From the sequence record SRR31156797_4599: 37,529 nt of DNA; one strand, given 5' to 3'. The first letter of the stretch is position 1. The number at the start of each line of letters is the position of its first letter. The position numbers and the translations under genes were made by a program. Under the pieces are notes generated by a model. That model saw only the letters and a program-made list of their open reading frames with translations, was not told the DNA's origin and searched no databases. Positions 26,357 through 35,718 of this stretch are shown piece by piece.

Positions 26357-27156
26357 TACGCGGCCTCCGGAGCAGTTTTGTATTTGAGTTTGTAGATGTA
26401 ATTGTAAAGCTTGTTGGACATGGGCAGGGCCAGAATCAGGGACATGTATACGCCGTCGATTCCGGACAAGGTGTTACTTGCCACGCCGAAAGCCTGAATC
26501 TGTTCAGCCATTGCGGGGTAAGCGGCACTAAGACTTCCCACGGATGCGGTCATCATGCTTGCACTACCCACGCCGGATGCCATGGCCAGTGCGTATGGAT
26601 GAAAGATCTCAAATGCAGCCAGAAAGGAAGCCATTAGACCGAAGAAGATGGTGCCGAAAACGGTTCCGCAAATATATACGCCCATTACGCCACGTCCTTC
26701 AGCGGAATCGAGGCCGTAAATATCGCCGATAAGGGCCACGTTGGGCTCACGGGCGATGGAGTGGGCAGCTCCGATGGTTTCACGTTTCAAACCGAGGTAC
26801 ATGGCAATGGGAACACCGAATAGCAGGGTGGCGATATTACCGAATTCCTGGAGAACCAGAGCAGGGCCTGCTTTAAGGATTTCATAGAATTTCGGACCGA
26901 CAAGGGTGCCGTAACGGGCCATGAGCAGGAGCAGGGTCAGGCTTACGAGGGTGCTGGCCTGAAACATATCTTTTTCCTTAACGATCTTGAGGAATTTGGG
27001 ACCGAGGAAAATACCCATAAACATGGCGTAAAGCATGGGCAGCAGTACCAGTTTACCTGGGCCTACTTTGAAAGTCATAATTCCTATGAGTTCTGAAACT
27101 ACAACAAGGGCGAGTACCACAAGGTGCAGTTTAACATTTTTCACAGCTTCATTCAT
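26356..27156 (-). CDS. DUF3100 family membrane protein (putative transporter subunit)
   Basis: LLPMLYA, GPALVLQEFGN, RETIGAAHSIAREP, GVMGVYICGTVFG, HPYALAMASGVGSASM motifs. ATG at 27156 behind GGAG; the track extends to 27249. Confidence 0.85.
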   Translation of the reverse strand: MNEAVKNVKLHLVVLALVVVSELIGIMTFKVGPGKLVLLPMLYAMFMGIFLGPKFLKIVKEKDMFQASTLVSLTLLLLMARYGTLVGPKFYEILKAGPALVLQEFGNIATLLFGVPIAMYLGLKRETIGAAHSIAREPNVALIGDIYGLDSAEGRGVMGVYICGTVFGTIFFGLMASFLAAFEIFHPYALAMASGVGSASMMTASVGSLSAAYPAMAEQIQAFGVASNTLSGIDGVYMSLILALPMSNKLYNYIYKLKYKTAPEAA

Positions 27157-27238
27157 AAAACACTCCACTGATGTTGGCTGCGCAGGGCAGCCGGAAAGTT
27201 GTTGAACAAAATGCCTTTGCAGGCAAGACCATAATTTT

Positions 27239-27269
27239 GTTTCGGACACGACATAAATATGTCCGAAAC
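27239..27269. promoter_or_regulatory. Palindromic operator, copy A, upstream of the DUF3100 operon
   Basis: GTTTCGGACA-N11-TGTCCGAAAC, perfect 10-bp arms; 22 of 31 positions identical to copy B. Confidence 0.75.
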
Positions 27270-27292
27270 TCCGCCGAAAAAAAGCAGATCCC

Positions 27293-28585
27293 TTAAATCA
27301 GCAAGCGGACCATTTTTTTAGGGCGTCCTACCTGATTTGCCACTTCCCTGCCGTTGATTTCAGCAAAACCGCTGTCCAGAAACTTTTTCAGCACTCGGCG
27401 TGCACTTCGTTCGCCAATACCGAGACAGGCGGCAAAGTCTGAGGAGTCAAAAGTATCTTTGCGGGTTTTGTTCATAAGGGATCTGATTTTATCCAGATAG
27501 CTGGGGCTGATGCCGATTGTTTTCGACATCTCAAGCAACCTGCCGTCAACGACATGGGTGCTGTACTCCAGCTCATCCTCCTCACCGATGGGGCCGCGAA
27601 TCTGGGTGCCTTCGACAACAAAAAGTCCTCCTTTGTCGAGCTTAGCGGCGTTATCCAGAGCTTTGCGGGCTGATTTTTCAGCTTCAAAGGCCGTGGCTCC
27701 GATACCGATTCCGGAAGAAAAAATTATATTGCGTTCCCGCCCCCAACTGAGCAGTCTTTCAAAATGTTCCCGGTGCGGGGTGCTGTCAATGAGGCCGCGG
27801 GTGGAGAAAATTACGTATTCCTCAGTACCGAAATTGAAAAGGCTGCCTTGAATGGCTCGTACGTATTCGAGAAGTTCCAGATAGAATCTTCCCCCGTTCT
27901 TCATATCGTCGTACTGGTTGATGGAACTGCGGGTAATGGATTTGAGTTTGACCAGTTGAATGGCGATACCGGCGGAGCGCAGGCTTAAATTTTTGATGCG
28001 CCCTGTCAGTCGGGCTAGAGAATCCCTGATTTGTAAGGTGCTGGCATAGAGCCTGAACACCGGAAGGCCTCTTTTTTTGAGCTCACTGTAGACATAGCCG
28101 AACCCGGTGGCAATAGCTTCCACCTTGCCGGATTCATAGAGTTCAACATGGCGGTTGAAATATTCCTGCTCACTGAGATGCAGGGCGAAGGGCATGGAAT
28201 GAATGTCTTCCAGTTCCACACCGAATTCCCGGACAACTTCCACCAGAATATCATCGCTGACTACGTCGATGCTGAGCCTGCCGGACTTAATGCCTTTACG
28301 GCTCATCTCTGAAAGAACCCGCAGAAGGCTGTAGCCTCCGCGTTGGATGTGTTCGTATGGATTTGAAACAGTTCCACGAGCCTTGGCCCCCTCCTGCACT
28401 GCGATCCCAGTGAAGAGGGTCCCGCTGGTTTCCCGCTGACATTGTTCAAGTACTTCCCACGAATCTTCAGCCCGTTCTCTCACATAAGTGAGCAGGGTTA
28501 TTTCCGGGCAGCATCTGGCAGCTACTTCTTTAACAAGATTTATAGAGTCGGAAGGGCCGATACAGCCTATTTTCATTGCTGACAT
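27293..28585 (-). CDS. Uncharacterised transcriptional regulator (N-terminal ligand domain, cyclase/GGDEF-like middle, C-terminal winged HTH)
   Basis: MKIGCIGP start (ATG at 28576 is an alternative), EEYVIFSTRG and SGIGIGATAFEAE..ARKAL segments, C-terminal LGIGERSARRVLKKF..GRPKK. Confidence 0.8.
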   Translation of the reverse strand: MSAMKIGCIGPSDSINLVKEVAARCCPEITLLTYVRERAEDSWEVLEQCQRETSGTLFTGIAVQEGAKARGTVSNPYEHIQRGGYSLLRVLSEMSRKGIKSGRLSIDVVSDDILVEVVREFGVELEDIHSMPFALHLSEQEYFNRHVELYESGKVEAIATGFGYVYSELKKRGLPVFRLYASTLQIRDSLARLTGRIKNLSLRSAGIAIQLVKLKSITRSSINQYDDMKNGGRFYLELLEYVRAIQGSLFNFGTEEYVIFSTRGLIDSTPHREHFERLLSWGRERNIIFSSGIGIGATAFEAEKSARKALDNAAKLDKGGLFVVEGTQIRGPIGEEDELEYSTHVVDGRLLEMSKTIGISPSYLDKIRSLMNKTRKDTFDSSDFAACLGIGERSARRVLKKFLDSGFAEINGREVANQVGRPKKMVRLLI

Positions 28586-28644
28586 CTTAAGTGGGGATTG
28601 TTATATTTTCGTTGCGGATTGCGCAGTGTATAGTTCTAAAAACA

Positions 28645-28675
28645 ATTTAGGCCATGTCACAAATATGCCCTAAAT
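28645..28675. promoter_or_regulatory. Palindromic operator, copy B, upstream of the regulator gene
   Basis: ATTTAGGCCAT-N9-ATGCCCTAAAT, 10 of 11 arm positions symmetric; same length and core as copy A. Confidence 0.7.
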
Positions 28676-28682
28676 GAAGATC

Positions 28683-28711
28683 AATCTGCCTTCTGCTTGG
28701 ACGGGTGTCAA
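28683..28711 (-). promoter_or_regulatory. Putative sigma70 promoter of the regulator gene
   Basis: Minus strand TTGACA-N17-CAGATT; the predicted start site abuts operator B. Confidence 0.55.
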
Positions 28712-29016
28712 GTCGATGAGAAAAGTGTGTGGTATGCTCAGGTCCGTTATTGTAGGGTTTTGGTGTTGCTTTGCGTGAAGTTTTGTGATTTCGTTTCTTG
28801 TCGGTGTGTAAAATGTCTTTTTAATTTCGCATTTCGTAAAAAAATAATTTTCAACCCGAACTTGTATGTCGAATTAATAAGTGTGAGTGCTCCTGTTATA
28901 TTAGTGGTTGTACTCATTTGTTTGATACGCTGAAGTGTATCTCCGAAGGATCTGTTGACCCTTCTCAGGTGACAGGATAACTAGTTTGACAAATATTTAT
29001 GCCAAGGAGTTGCATT

Positions 29017-29403
29017 ATGTTAAAAAATAGAATTTTAGCCCTCTGCCTTGCTTTTTTCATGTGTGTTGCTTTTTCCGGCTGTGCGGCTGTTGTCCTTGGC
29101 GGGGCGGCAGCAGGCGGGACATATGTTTATATAACCGGGCAGGCCAAACAGAAATTTAATGCTGATCTGGGCAGCACCTATCAGGCAGCACTTAAAGCCT
29201 GTCAGGATCTGAATTTGAAAGTCAAAGAGAAGAAGAAAAGACTCAGCGATGCATCGATAAAAGCAGTGGATGTTGATAAAGATGTGTTTATCGACCTTAC
29301 TTATGTGTCTACGAAAGTGACAGAAGTTACGGTTAGATACGGACTTCTCGGCGATGAAGACGCTTCTCGGAGAATTCTGGCAACAATTAATAAGAATTTC
29401 TAG
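29017..29403 (+). CDS. DUF3568-like lipoprotein
   Basis: Signal peptide with lipobox AFSG-C, Gly/Ala-rich GGAAAGGTY, C-terminal VRYGLLGDEDASRRI. ATG at 29017 behind AGGAG. Confidence 0.85.
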   Translation: MLKNRILALCLAFFMCVAFSGCAAVVLGGAAAGGTYVYITGQAKQKFNADLGSTYQAALKACQDLNLKVKEKKKRLSDASIKAVDVDKDVFIDLTYVSTKVTEVTVRYGLLGDEDASRRILATINKNF

Positions 29404-29427
29404 CTGTTTAAAATAACAAACACTTAT

Positions 29428-29460
29428 AGGCATCCTACTTCAAGTAGGGTGCCTTTTTTA
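29428..29460 (+). terminator. Intrinsic terminator after the lipoprotein gene
   Basis: AGGCATCCTACT-tca-AGTAGGGTGCCT followed by TTTTT. Confidence 0.82.
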
Positions 29461-29555
29461 TGCCTTCATCCCCCCTTATGAATTTGTTTTAAAGGGGGGA
29501 TCGACTCAGTAGTGTGTCAGTTCGAAGAATGGGGGAGAAGGCGGTCAGAGACCAT

Positions 29556-29735
29556 TTATTTTTTGTCTCTTGCTGAATCCATCTGGCGGAAATCTGCATT
29601 CATGATGAAAGTGCGGTTGTCTTGAGTATTCCAGTTGTCATTCGAAATCATGAACAGGTCGTTTTTGTCCTTCATGTTAATGATCGGGCAGGCCGTCACT
29701 TTAGGTTTTCTTTCCGGACTCTTGTTTTGCTTCAT
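29556..29735 (-). CDS. Small hypothetical protein (59 aa), absent from the ORF track
   Basis: MKQNKSPERKPKVTACPIINMKDKNDLFMISNDNWNTQDNRTFIMNADFRQMDSARDKK; GGAGG RBS 5 nt before the ATG; has its own candidate promoter. Confidence 0.65.
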   Translation of the reverse strand: MKQNKSPERKPKVTACPIINMKDKNDLFMISNDNWNTQDNRTFIMNADFRQMDSARDKK

Positions 29736-29775
29736 GGCTTCCTCCGTTAGTTAAAAGGTATCTTTACCTATTAAG

Positions 29776-29804
29776 AGTATAACCTTTACAGAGGAACAAA
29801 ACAA
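29776..29804 (-). promoter_or_regulatory. Putative sigma70 promoter of the 59-aa ORF
   Basis: Minus strand TTGTTT-N17-TATACT, 40 nt before the ATG. Confidence 0.55.
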
Positions 29805-29947
29805 CGCTTCTGAACTAAAAAAATGGATAAAATTCCAATCTTCTTGAATTCTATGGGTATTTTGTTGGATATATAAGTTGTTTAAATGGTTGGTTTAAAT
29901 TTTAATCATGTCTGTAGTGGTACAGAATACAACGACTAATTAGAGGG

Positions 29948-30970
29948 CTATTTTTTTAGTTCAAACAAGGTCAACAGAGTTCTTTGAACCGGAGAGAAAT
30001 TGTCATCGGAAATTATGTAGATCCATTGGTTTCCGTGCACATCGCTGATAATATCCATGCCTTCGTAATTGTCGCGGGGAATGGGAAGATTTATTTCACA
30101 AAACAGTTCAGGCGTGAGCGTGGCTCCTTCTTTAATTTTGTCTCTGTCTATAGTGCAGAAGCGAATTCCAAGTGTTCCGGGGCCTTGGTATTTTCGTTCA
30201 AGAATGAGAATTCTTCCGTCAGCTAGATTTCCGGCTGAGGTCGGGCGGTAGTTGGAGTTACGTTCGTATTTAAACTGAGTCCATTTGCCGTTTGTCTCTA
30301 TTGCTGCCTTGGAAAGAGGGCCGGCGGAATCGTCTCCCTCGCTCAGCACAAAAATACTGTTGTCCGGCAGCAGAAGCATTGCTTCAATTCCACCGTTCAA
30401 GGGTAAATCTTTAAGCTGCTCCGGAATGGGGAGAGCAGTTGCTCTGCCGGAAAGTTCAAGTGGCTTGCCTGAGTCATAGCGGTTAATGCGGTGAACCCGT
30501 TCGAAGGCTACAAAATAGCCGGATTCCGGGGCACGACACAGAGCTTCACTGTCAGCGAAGTACTTTACGGCAAAAGTTTTGCCTTTAGTATTGAGCAATT
30601 GACCTATTTCAGCATCACGTTCAACATCTGTTAGGAAGCCGTTTTGTGTGTAATTCAGGGTTCCTTTCAACCAGAATCCCATGTCAGATATTGCCAGAAA
30701 ATTTTTGCGGTCTTGGCTGAGCAACAGGTCCGAAAATCCTCCAAAGGCGGGATGAGGGCTATTCAAAAGCAGGGTCCCGCGGTACTTAAGTGCAGGTTGA
30801 GATAGTTCTGTCACTTCTTCGGTCAACGGTCCCTCTTGTTCGCTTACCAAAACAACCGGGATGGGATTGAGCTCAGGTTGGGCTGGGTTCTCAAGTTCGG
30901 TAGATGCTCCGAAAAGCATGGTGAGGGGAGTGCAGCAGAGGATGAGAATGAAGATAATGATTTTTTTCAT
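29948..30970 (-). CDS. Secreted esterase-like activity of phytase family (beta-propeller) protein
   Basis: Signal peptide, FGGFSDL, AISDMG, DSEAL, NGGIEAM, DNYEGM, ISDDNFSPVQRTLL motifs. Confidence 0.88.
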   Translation of the reverse strand: MKKIIIFILILCCTPLTMLFGASTELENPAQPELNPIPVVLVSEQEGPLTEEVTELSQPALKYRGTLLLNSPHPAFGGFSDLLLSQDRKNFLAISDMGFWLKGTLNYTQNGFLTDVERDAEIGQLLNTKGKTFAVKYFADSEALCRAPESGYFVAFERVHRINRYDSGKPLELSGRATALPIPEQLKDLPLNGGIEAMLLLPDNSIFVLSEGDDSAGPLSKAAIETNGKWTQFKYERNSNYRPTSAGNLADGRILILERKYQGPGTLGIRFCTIDRDKIKEGATLTPELFCEINLPIPRDNYEGMDIISDVHGNQWIYIISDDNFSPVQRTLLTLFELKK

Positions 30971-31153
30971 TTTTTTCTCCAGAAGAAGGGATTTTTGAAT
31001 TATAAGATATGCAGATAATGTAAAATTTGATTAAATACGGTACGTTTCTTGTATATTGTAAAAGCTGGACAGGGAAGCCTTTAAGGGAGTTAGTTTGAAA
31101 AAATATCCCGGCTGGACCCTGCGTTAAGGCATATTAACCGGAGAACATGGAAA

Positions 31154-33814
31154 GTGAAACAAATATTCACTATAACCTTGCTTATTTTAAGCGTATTTTT
31201 TTCTTCTGTTGCACAGGCTGAAAGTGAGAAACGCAACGTTCTTTATCTGAACTCCTACCAGAACGGATACAAGTGGTCTGATGATATTCTGGAAGGGGTG
31301 CGTAAATCCTTTGCTGCCAGCGGGCTGAATATTGATCTGCATATTGAATATATGGATACAAAGCGTTTTAAGGATCGGGATTTTATGGAAATTCTGCATT
31401 CTTATTACGTGTTCAAATATCAGAAGTACAAGTTCTCAGCTATTGTTGTTTCGGATAACAATGCCCTGAATTTTATGCTCCGCTACCGGGATACTTTTTT
31501 TCCTGGTGTTCCGGTTATTTTTTGTGGAATCAACGACTTTCGTCCGGAGCTTATCGAAGGGCTGGATAATTATTGCGGGGTTCTTGAGAACCCGGATATC
31601 AAGGATAATATCGATCTTGCCCTGAAGATCAATCCTGATCTTAATAAAATAGTTGTAGTCGGTGACCAGTCTGTGACTTCTCAGGCCATCAGGGCGCAGA
31701 TTATGAAAGCTGAACCTCTCTTTAAAGGAGTTTTAAATTTCGAATACTGGAACGATATGCCGTTGGTTGATCTGCTGGCTAATTCCAGAATTATGACCGA
31801 AAACGAAATCTTGCTTTTTACCCCTTTTTATAAAGGGGCGCACGGGGAATTACTCTCTTCCGAAGAAGTGCTTAATATTATTTATCAGAATTCTCCGGTG
31901 ATGATTTTCAGTGTCTGGGAGTTCCTGCTTGGGCATGGTATCGTTGGCGGTAAACTTCTCTCCGGTACAGATCAGGGCCGTAAGGCCGCTGAGATGGCCC
32001 TGCACGTGCTTAAGACCGGGACTATGCCGAAGCAAAGGGTCGTCAAGGCTACTAATGAATATTATATGTTTGATTATAACGTATTGGAACGATTCAAGAT
32101 CAATAGCGATATTCTTCCCGAAGACAGCGTTATAATTAACGAGCCGGACTATTTTTACAAATTGGATAAGCAGGTTTTCTGGACTATCATCGTCTCTATT
32201 CTCGGATTGAGTCTGATTCTGGTCATGTTGATCATTTCAATCCTGCAGCGACGTAAGGTGGAAAAGCGTATCAAGGCCCAGCTTTCCTTTCAGGAAATTC
32301 TCATGGATACTATCCCCTTGCTGATCTGCTGGAAGGATAAGAAGCAACGTTATCTGGGGGCCAACCATTCGTTTACAGACTTTTTCGGGCTCGGTTCGCC
32401 ATGGGCATTAGTGGGGTTGACTGATTCAGAGGTCGAAGTGCATCGCAGGTTTGCAGAGCAGGCTGCGGTTTGGGATAAAAAGGTTCTGCTCTCCGGCAAG
32501 CCGCGTATGGGCATTAACTGGTCTCTAATCCGCGAGGGTGAAGACCCGGTCTGGTTAGAGATCAACAAGGTTCCACTGTACAATGAAAAAGGGGAGGTTG
32601 TGGGTACTCTTTCTACTGCTGAGGATGTTACCCGTAAGGTAAACCTTGAAAAGCAGCTCCTGCAATCCCAGAAGATGGAGGCTATCGGTACTCTTGCTGG
32701 TGGTATTGCCCACGATTTCAATAATATTTTGACCTCTATTATGAACTCGGTGGAATTGGCCTTAAGCGATATTGAGGAAGGTACCATCACTTGGAAAGAT
32801 CTTGACCGGGCCATTAAGGCTGCTCAACGGGGTAGCCGGGTGGTCAAGCAGATTCTGACCTTCAGCAGACCCTCACAGGAAGGATTTAAGCCCACTGATA
32901 TCGGCGAAGTTGTTAAGGAAACCGTGGACTTTATCAAGGCTTCCCTGCCGCGCAATATTCGGGTATCAGCCAATGTCCCGGAAGGCGCGCCGCACGTTAT
33001 GGCCGATCCGACTCAGATCCATCAGGTGATCATGAACCTGTGTACAAACTCTTTTCATTCCCTGAAAGGGCGGGGCGGGCGCATTGATGTAACCTTGACC
33101 ACTGTTGAGGTTGAGGATGAGCAGGCTCAGTTCATGCGTGTTGCTCCCGGCATCTATTTACGTCTGGAAATTGCGGATAATGGTCCGGGAATACCTGTTG
33201 AAATACTAGATAAAATTTTTGATCCATTCTTTACTACCAAAGGAAAGGCCGAAGGTACTGGATTGGGATTGGCTGTTGTTCATGGCTTAATTAAAGGTCA
33301 TGGCGGCGGAATTTCAGTGAGCAGTACTCCGGAAGTGAGAACCTGTTTTGAGATTTTCCTCCCGGTGCAGGGACAGCTGCGCGATATAGCCCGCAAGAGT
33401 TATGGGGCGTTGCCCATGGGGCAGGAAAATATCCTCTTTGTGGAGGATGATGAGGATCAGCTGGAGACCACGCCACGCATTTTGGAAAGCCTTGGTTATA
33501 TGGTTACAGCTCTTGCTTCCCCGGAAAATGCGTTTAACTTGATTGTGGACGAACCCGGCCGATTTGATCTGATGATAACCGACTACGATATGCCGCATAC
33601 TAACGGCCTTGAGCTGGCCCGTATGGTTCAGGATGTGGCCCCGGATCTTCCGATTCTGGTTGTTTCCGGCAGGCGCAATGTGCTGAGTTACGTGGCCGAT
33701 GTTGAATATGATGTTAAAAGTGTCAGAAAGGTTCTGATGAAGCCTTACAATAAAACAACTATTGCTGACGCAATTCGAGAAGTTCTTTCTTCTACGGAGA
33801 ACATAGATGGGTAG
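31154..33814 (+). CDS. Hybrid sensor histidine kinase (substrate-binding-like periplasmic domain, TM, PAS, HisKA, HATPase, REC); probable LurS ortholog
   Basis: [22 protein letters not shown]-box, NLCTN, DNGPG, PFFTTK, GTGLGL, receiver FVEDD..TDYDMP..KP; synteny with a sigma54 activator and PFOR. Confidence 0.92.
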   Translation: MKQIFTITLLILSVFFSSVAQAESEKRNVLYLNSYQNGYKWSDDILEGVRKSFAASGLNIDLHIEYMDTKRFKDRDFMEILHSYYVFKYQKYKFSAIVVSDNNALNFMLRYRDTFFPGVPVIFCGINDFRPELIEGLDNYCGVLENPDIKDNIDLALKINPDLNKIVVVGDQSVTSQAIRAQIMKAEPLFKGVLNFEYWNDMPLVDLLANSRIMTENEILLFTPFYKGAHGELLSSEEVLNIIYQNSPVMIFSVWEFLLGHGIVGGKLLSGTDQGRKAAEMALHVLKTGTMPKQRVVKATNEYYMFDYNVLERFKINSDILPEDSVIINEPDYFYKLDKQVFWTIIVSILGLSLILVMLIISILQRRKVEKRIKAQLSFQEILMDTIPLLICWKDKKQRYLGANHSFTDFFGLGSPWALVGLTDSEVEVHRRFAEQAAVWDKKVLLSGKPRMGINWSLIREGEDPVWLEINKVPLYNEKGEVVGTLSTAEDVTRKVNLEKQLLQSQKMEAIGTLAGGIAHDFNNILTSIMNSVELALSDIEEGTITWKDLDRAIKAAQRGSRVVKQILTFSRPSQEGFKPTDIGEVVKETVDFIKASLPRNIRVSANVPEGAPHVMADPTQIHQVIMNLCTNSFHSLKGRGGRIDVTLTTVEVEDEQAQFMRVAPGIYLRLEIADNGPGIPVEILDKIFDPFFTTKGKAEGTGLGLAVVHGLIKGHGGGISVSSTPEVRTCFEIFLPVQGQLRDIARKSYGALPMGQENILFVEDDEDQLETTPRILESLGYMVTALASPENAFNLIVDEPGRFDLMITDYDMPHTNGLELARMVQDVAPDLPILVVSGRRNVLSYVADVEYDVKSVRKVLMKPYNKTTIADAIREVLSSTENIDG

Positions 33815-35297
33815 AATTCTGATTATTGATGATGATGTTCAGGTTTGTGAAACAATTGAGAGTCTTATTGTCCGTGCCGGGCATGAGGCTGTCAGTTCCT
33901 ATAACTTGAGGAATGGTCTTTCCAAGGTTCAATCTGACGATTTTGATCTTGTCTTCTTGGATATTTCCCTGCCTGACGGGAATGGGCTTGATTACTTACA
34001 GCAGGTTAAGGATTCCTCTGGGAACCCAGAAGTGATCATCTTGACCGGTAAGGGTGATGCGGATGGAGCTGAATTGGCCATTCAGGGCGGGGCTTGGGAT
34101 TTTTTAGTAAAGCCTTCCTCTGTAAAACAAATATCTCTTTCCATGCGCAGGGCTCTTGAGTTTCATGACGAGAAACAGAATAAGGCTCAATGTGTAGCCC
34201 TTAATCTCGATAATATAGTCGGTAAGAGTGTAGAAATAAAAGGGTGTTATGATCTTGTTGCTCATGCTTCCGGTTCAGATGCCAACGTGCTGGTCAACGG
34301 TGAGACCGGGACCGGTAAAGAACTTTTTGCTCAGACTATTCACGAGAACTCAAGGCGGGTCGGGAACAATTTTGTGGTGGTAGACTGTGCTTCCCTGACT
34401 GAGACTCTGGTTGAGAGCACTCTCTTCGGACATAAACGCGGATCTTTTACCGGGGCGCAGGCTGATCGTAAGGGACTCATTCCTTTGGCTGACAAGGGAA
34501 CCTTATTCCTTGATGAAGTAGGGGAGATGCCGCTTGCGGTGCAGAAGTCCTTCCTTAGGGTTTTGCAGGAGCGCACTTACCGTCCGGTTGGTGAGAACAG
34601 GGAATTCAAGAGTGACTTCAGGCTTATCGCCGCAACCAACCGTGATCTTGAAGCCATGGTCGCTCGTGGTGAATTCAGGCAGGATCTGCTGTATCGTATT
34701 CAGACTATCTATATCCATCTGCCGCCATTGCGCGAGAGGGGCGGGGATATCCGCGAACTTACCGCTTTTCATCTTTCCCGGCTAAGTGCGCAGTACGGCG
34801 TGCCGCCCAAGGTTGCCAGTTCAGATTTTTATGACGTGCTCGACAATTATGACTGGCCCGGTAACGTGCGCCAGTTGTTTAACGTTGTAGAGCAGGCTTT
34901 TGTCGCTTCAGGGTCCGGTAATACCATTTATGCTATGCATCTTTCTGATGCCCTGCGTATCAAGCTGGCTAAATCTAACCTTAGAAAGAGCGCTAATGTT
35001 TCTTTGGAGGATATAAAGTCTGTTAAACAAGATTCCTCTGAGTCAGTGGTTCAATCTGTGTCTGAAAAAAAGGACAGATCTGGATTGAATCATAATTCAG
35101 TTTTTGATGGGGCAGTGTCTGAAATACTCACCGAGAAACTTCCTCCGCTTAAAATATTTAAGGGCATGGCCGAGAAGAAATATCTTGAGGAATTACTCTT
35201 GAGACATGAAGGTAATACGGCAACAATTCTTAAAATATCAGGTCTTTCGCGTTCCCATTTTTATGCTCTGTTGAAGAAACATGGTATAAATGATTAA
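33807..35297 (+). CDS. Sigma54-dependent NtrC-family response regulator; probable LurR (lactate utilisation regulator) ortholog
   Basis: REC domain, GETGTGKE Walker A, GSFTGA loop, LFLDEVGE, WPGNVRQL, C-terminal Fis-type HTH; directly upstream of PFOR. Confidence 0.93.
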   Translation: MGRILIIDDDVQVCETIESLIVRAGHEAVSSYNLRNGLSKVQSDDFDLVFLDISLPDGNGLDYLQQVKDSSGNPEVIILTGKGDADGAELAIQGGAWDFLVKPSSVKQISLSMRRALEFHDEKQNKAQCVALNLDNIVGKSVEIKGCYDLVAHASGSDANVLVNGETGTGKELFAQTIHENSRRVGNNFVVVDCASLTETLVESTLFGHKRGSFTGAQADRKGLIPLADKGTLFLDEVGEMPLAVQKSFLRVLQERTYRPVGENREFKSDFRLIAATNRDLEAMVARGEFRQDLLYRIQTIYIHLPPLRERGGDIRELTAFHLSRLSAQYGVPPKVASSDFYDVLDNYDWPGNVRQLFNVVEQAFVASGSGNTIYAMHLSDALRIKLAKSNLRKSANVSLEDIKSVKQDSSESVVQSVSEKKDRSGLNHNSVFDGAVSEILTEKLPPLKIFKGMAEKKYLEELLLRHEGNTATILKISGLSRSHFYALLKKHGIND

Positions 35298-35356
35298 TGT
35301 TAGTAAGTGCCTGTTGTGAATTGTGAGTTGTAAAATAATCATTGAATAAGTGTTCA

Positions 35357-35519
35357 GTCTGGTTTTTAAGACTAAGCCTTGTCTTTTTTTGAAGACAAGG
35401 CTTTTTTTGTGTGCTGTGGACGAGAAACGTTGGGATGCGGGCTTTTTTACCAATGTTTCAGTCCGGTGACAGAGAACTGTAATTTTTAAGGCGATTTTTG
35501 AGTGTCTTAAAAAACGGAC
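35357..35519. promoter_or_regulatory. Cluster of GTC-N10-GAC palindromes, putative upstream activator sequences for the PFOR promoter
   Basis: GTCTGGTTTTTAAGAC (35357-35372), GTCTTTTTTTGAAGAC (35381-35396), GTCTTAAAAAACGGAC (35504-35519), and a partial copy at 35461-35476. Confidence 0.65.
35374..35408 (+). terminator. Intrinsic terminator after the two-component genes
   Basis: AAGCCTTGTCTT-tttttg-AAGACAAGGCTT followed by TTTTT. Confidence 0.7.
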
Positions 35520-35603
35520 AAAGATGAGCGTTCACTTCAGAATGTAAATTCTCGGATTCGTTAACTGCCTGAATAACCGGGTTTTTATTGCTTCTCAGGA
35601 ACT

Positions 35604-35619
35604 TGGCACGCAAATTGAT
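35604..35619 (+). promoter_or_regulatory. Sigma54 promoter of the PFOR gene
   Basis: TGGCACGCAAATTGAT: perfect -24 TGGCACG, and -12 TTGAT (GA in place of GC) at the correct spacing. Confidence 0.75.
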
Positions 35620-35718
35620 AATAGAGGCTTATGTGAGTGTTCAACCTTGCGCCTTGGGTTCCGATTGTTTCAGCAAGGTTTTTATTACTCGGTGAGGTTA
35701 TTACATTAATTCTCTTAA

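Noticed and set aside
28697-28933. 78-aa TTG-start ORF in the regulator/lipoprotein intergenic region
   Set aside because: No RBS, overlaps the regulator promoter, and the Val/Cys/Phe richness reflects GT-rich non-coding DNA.
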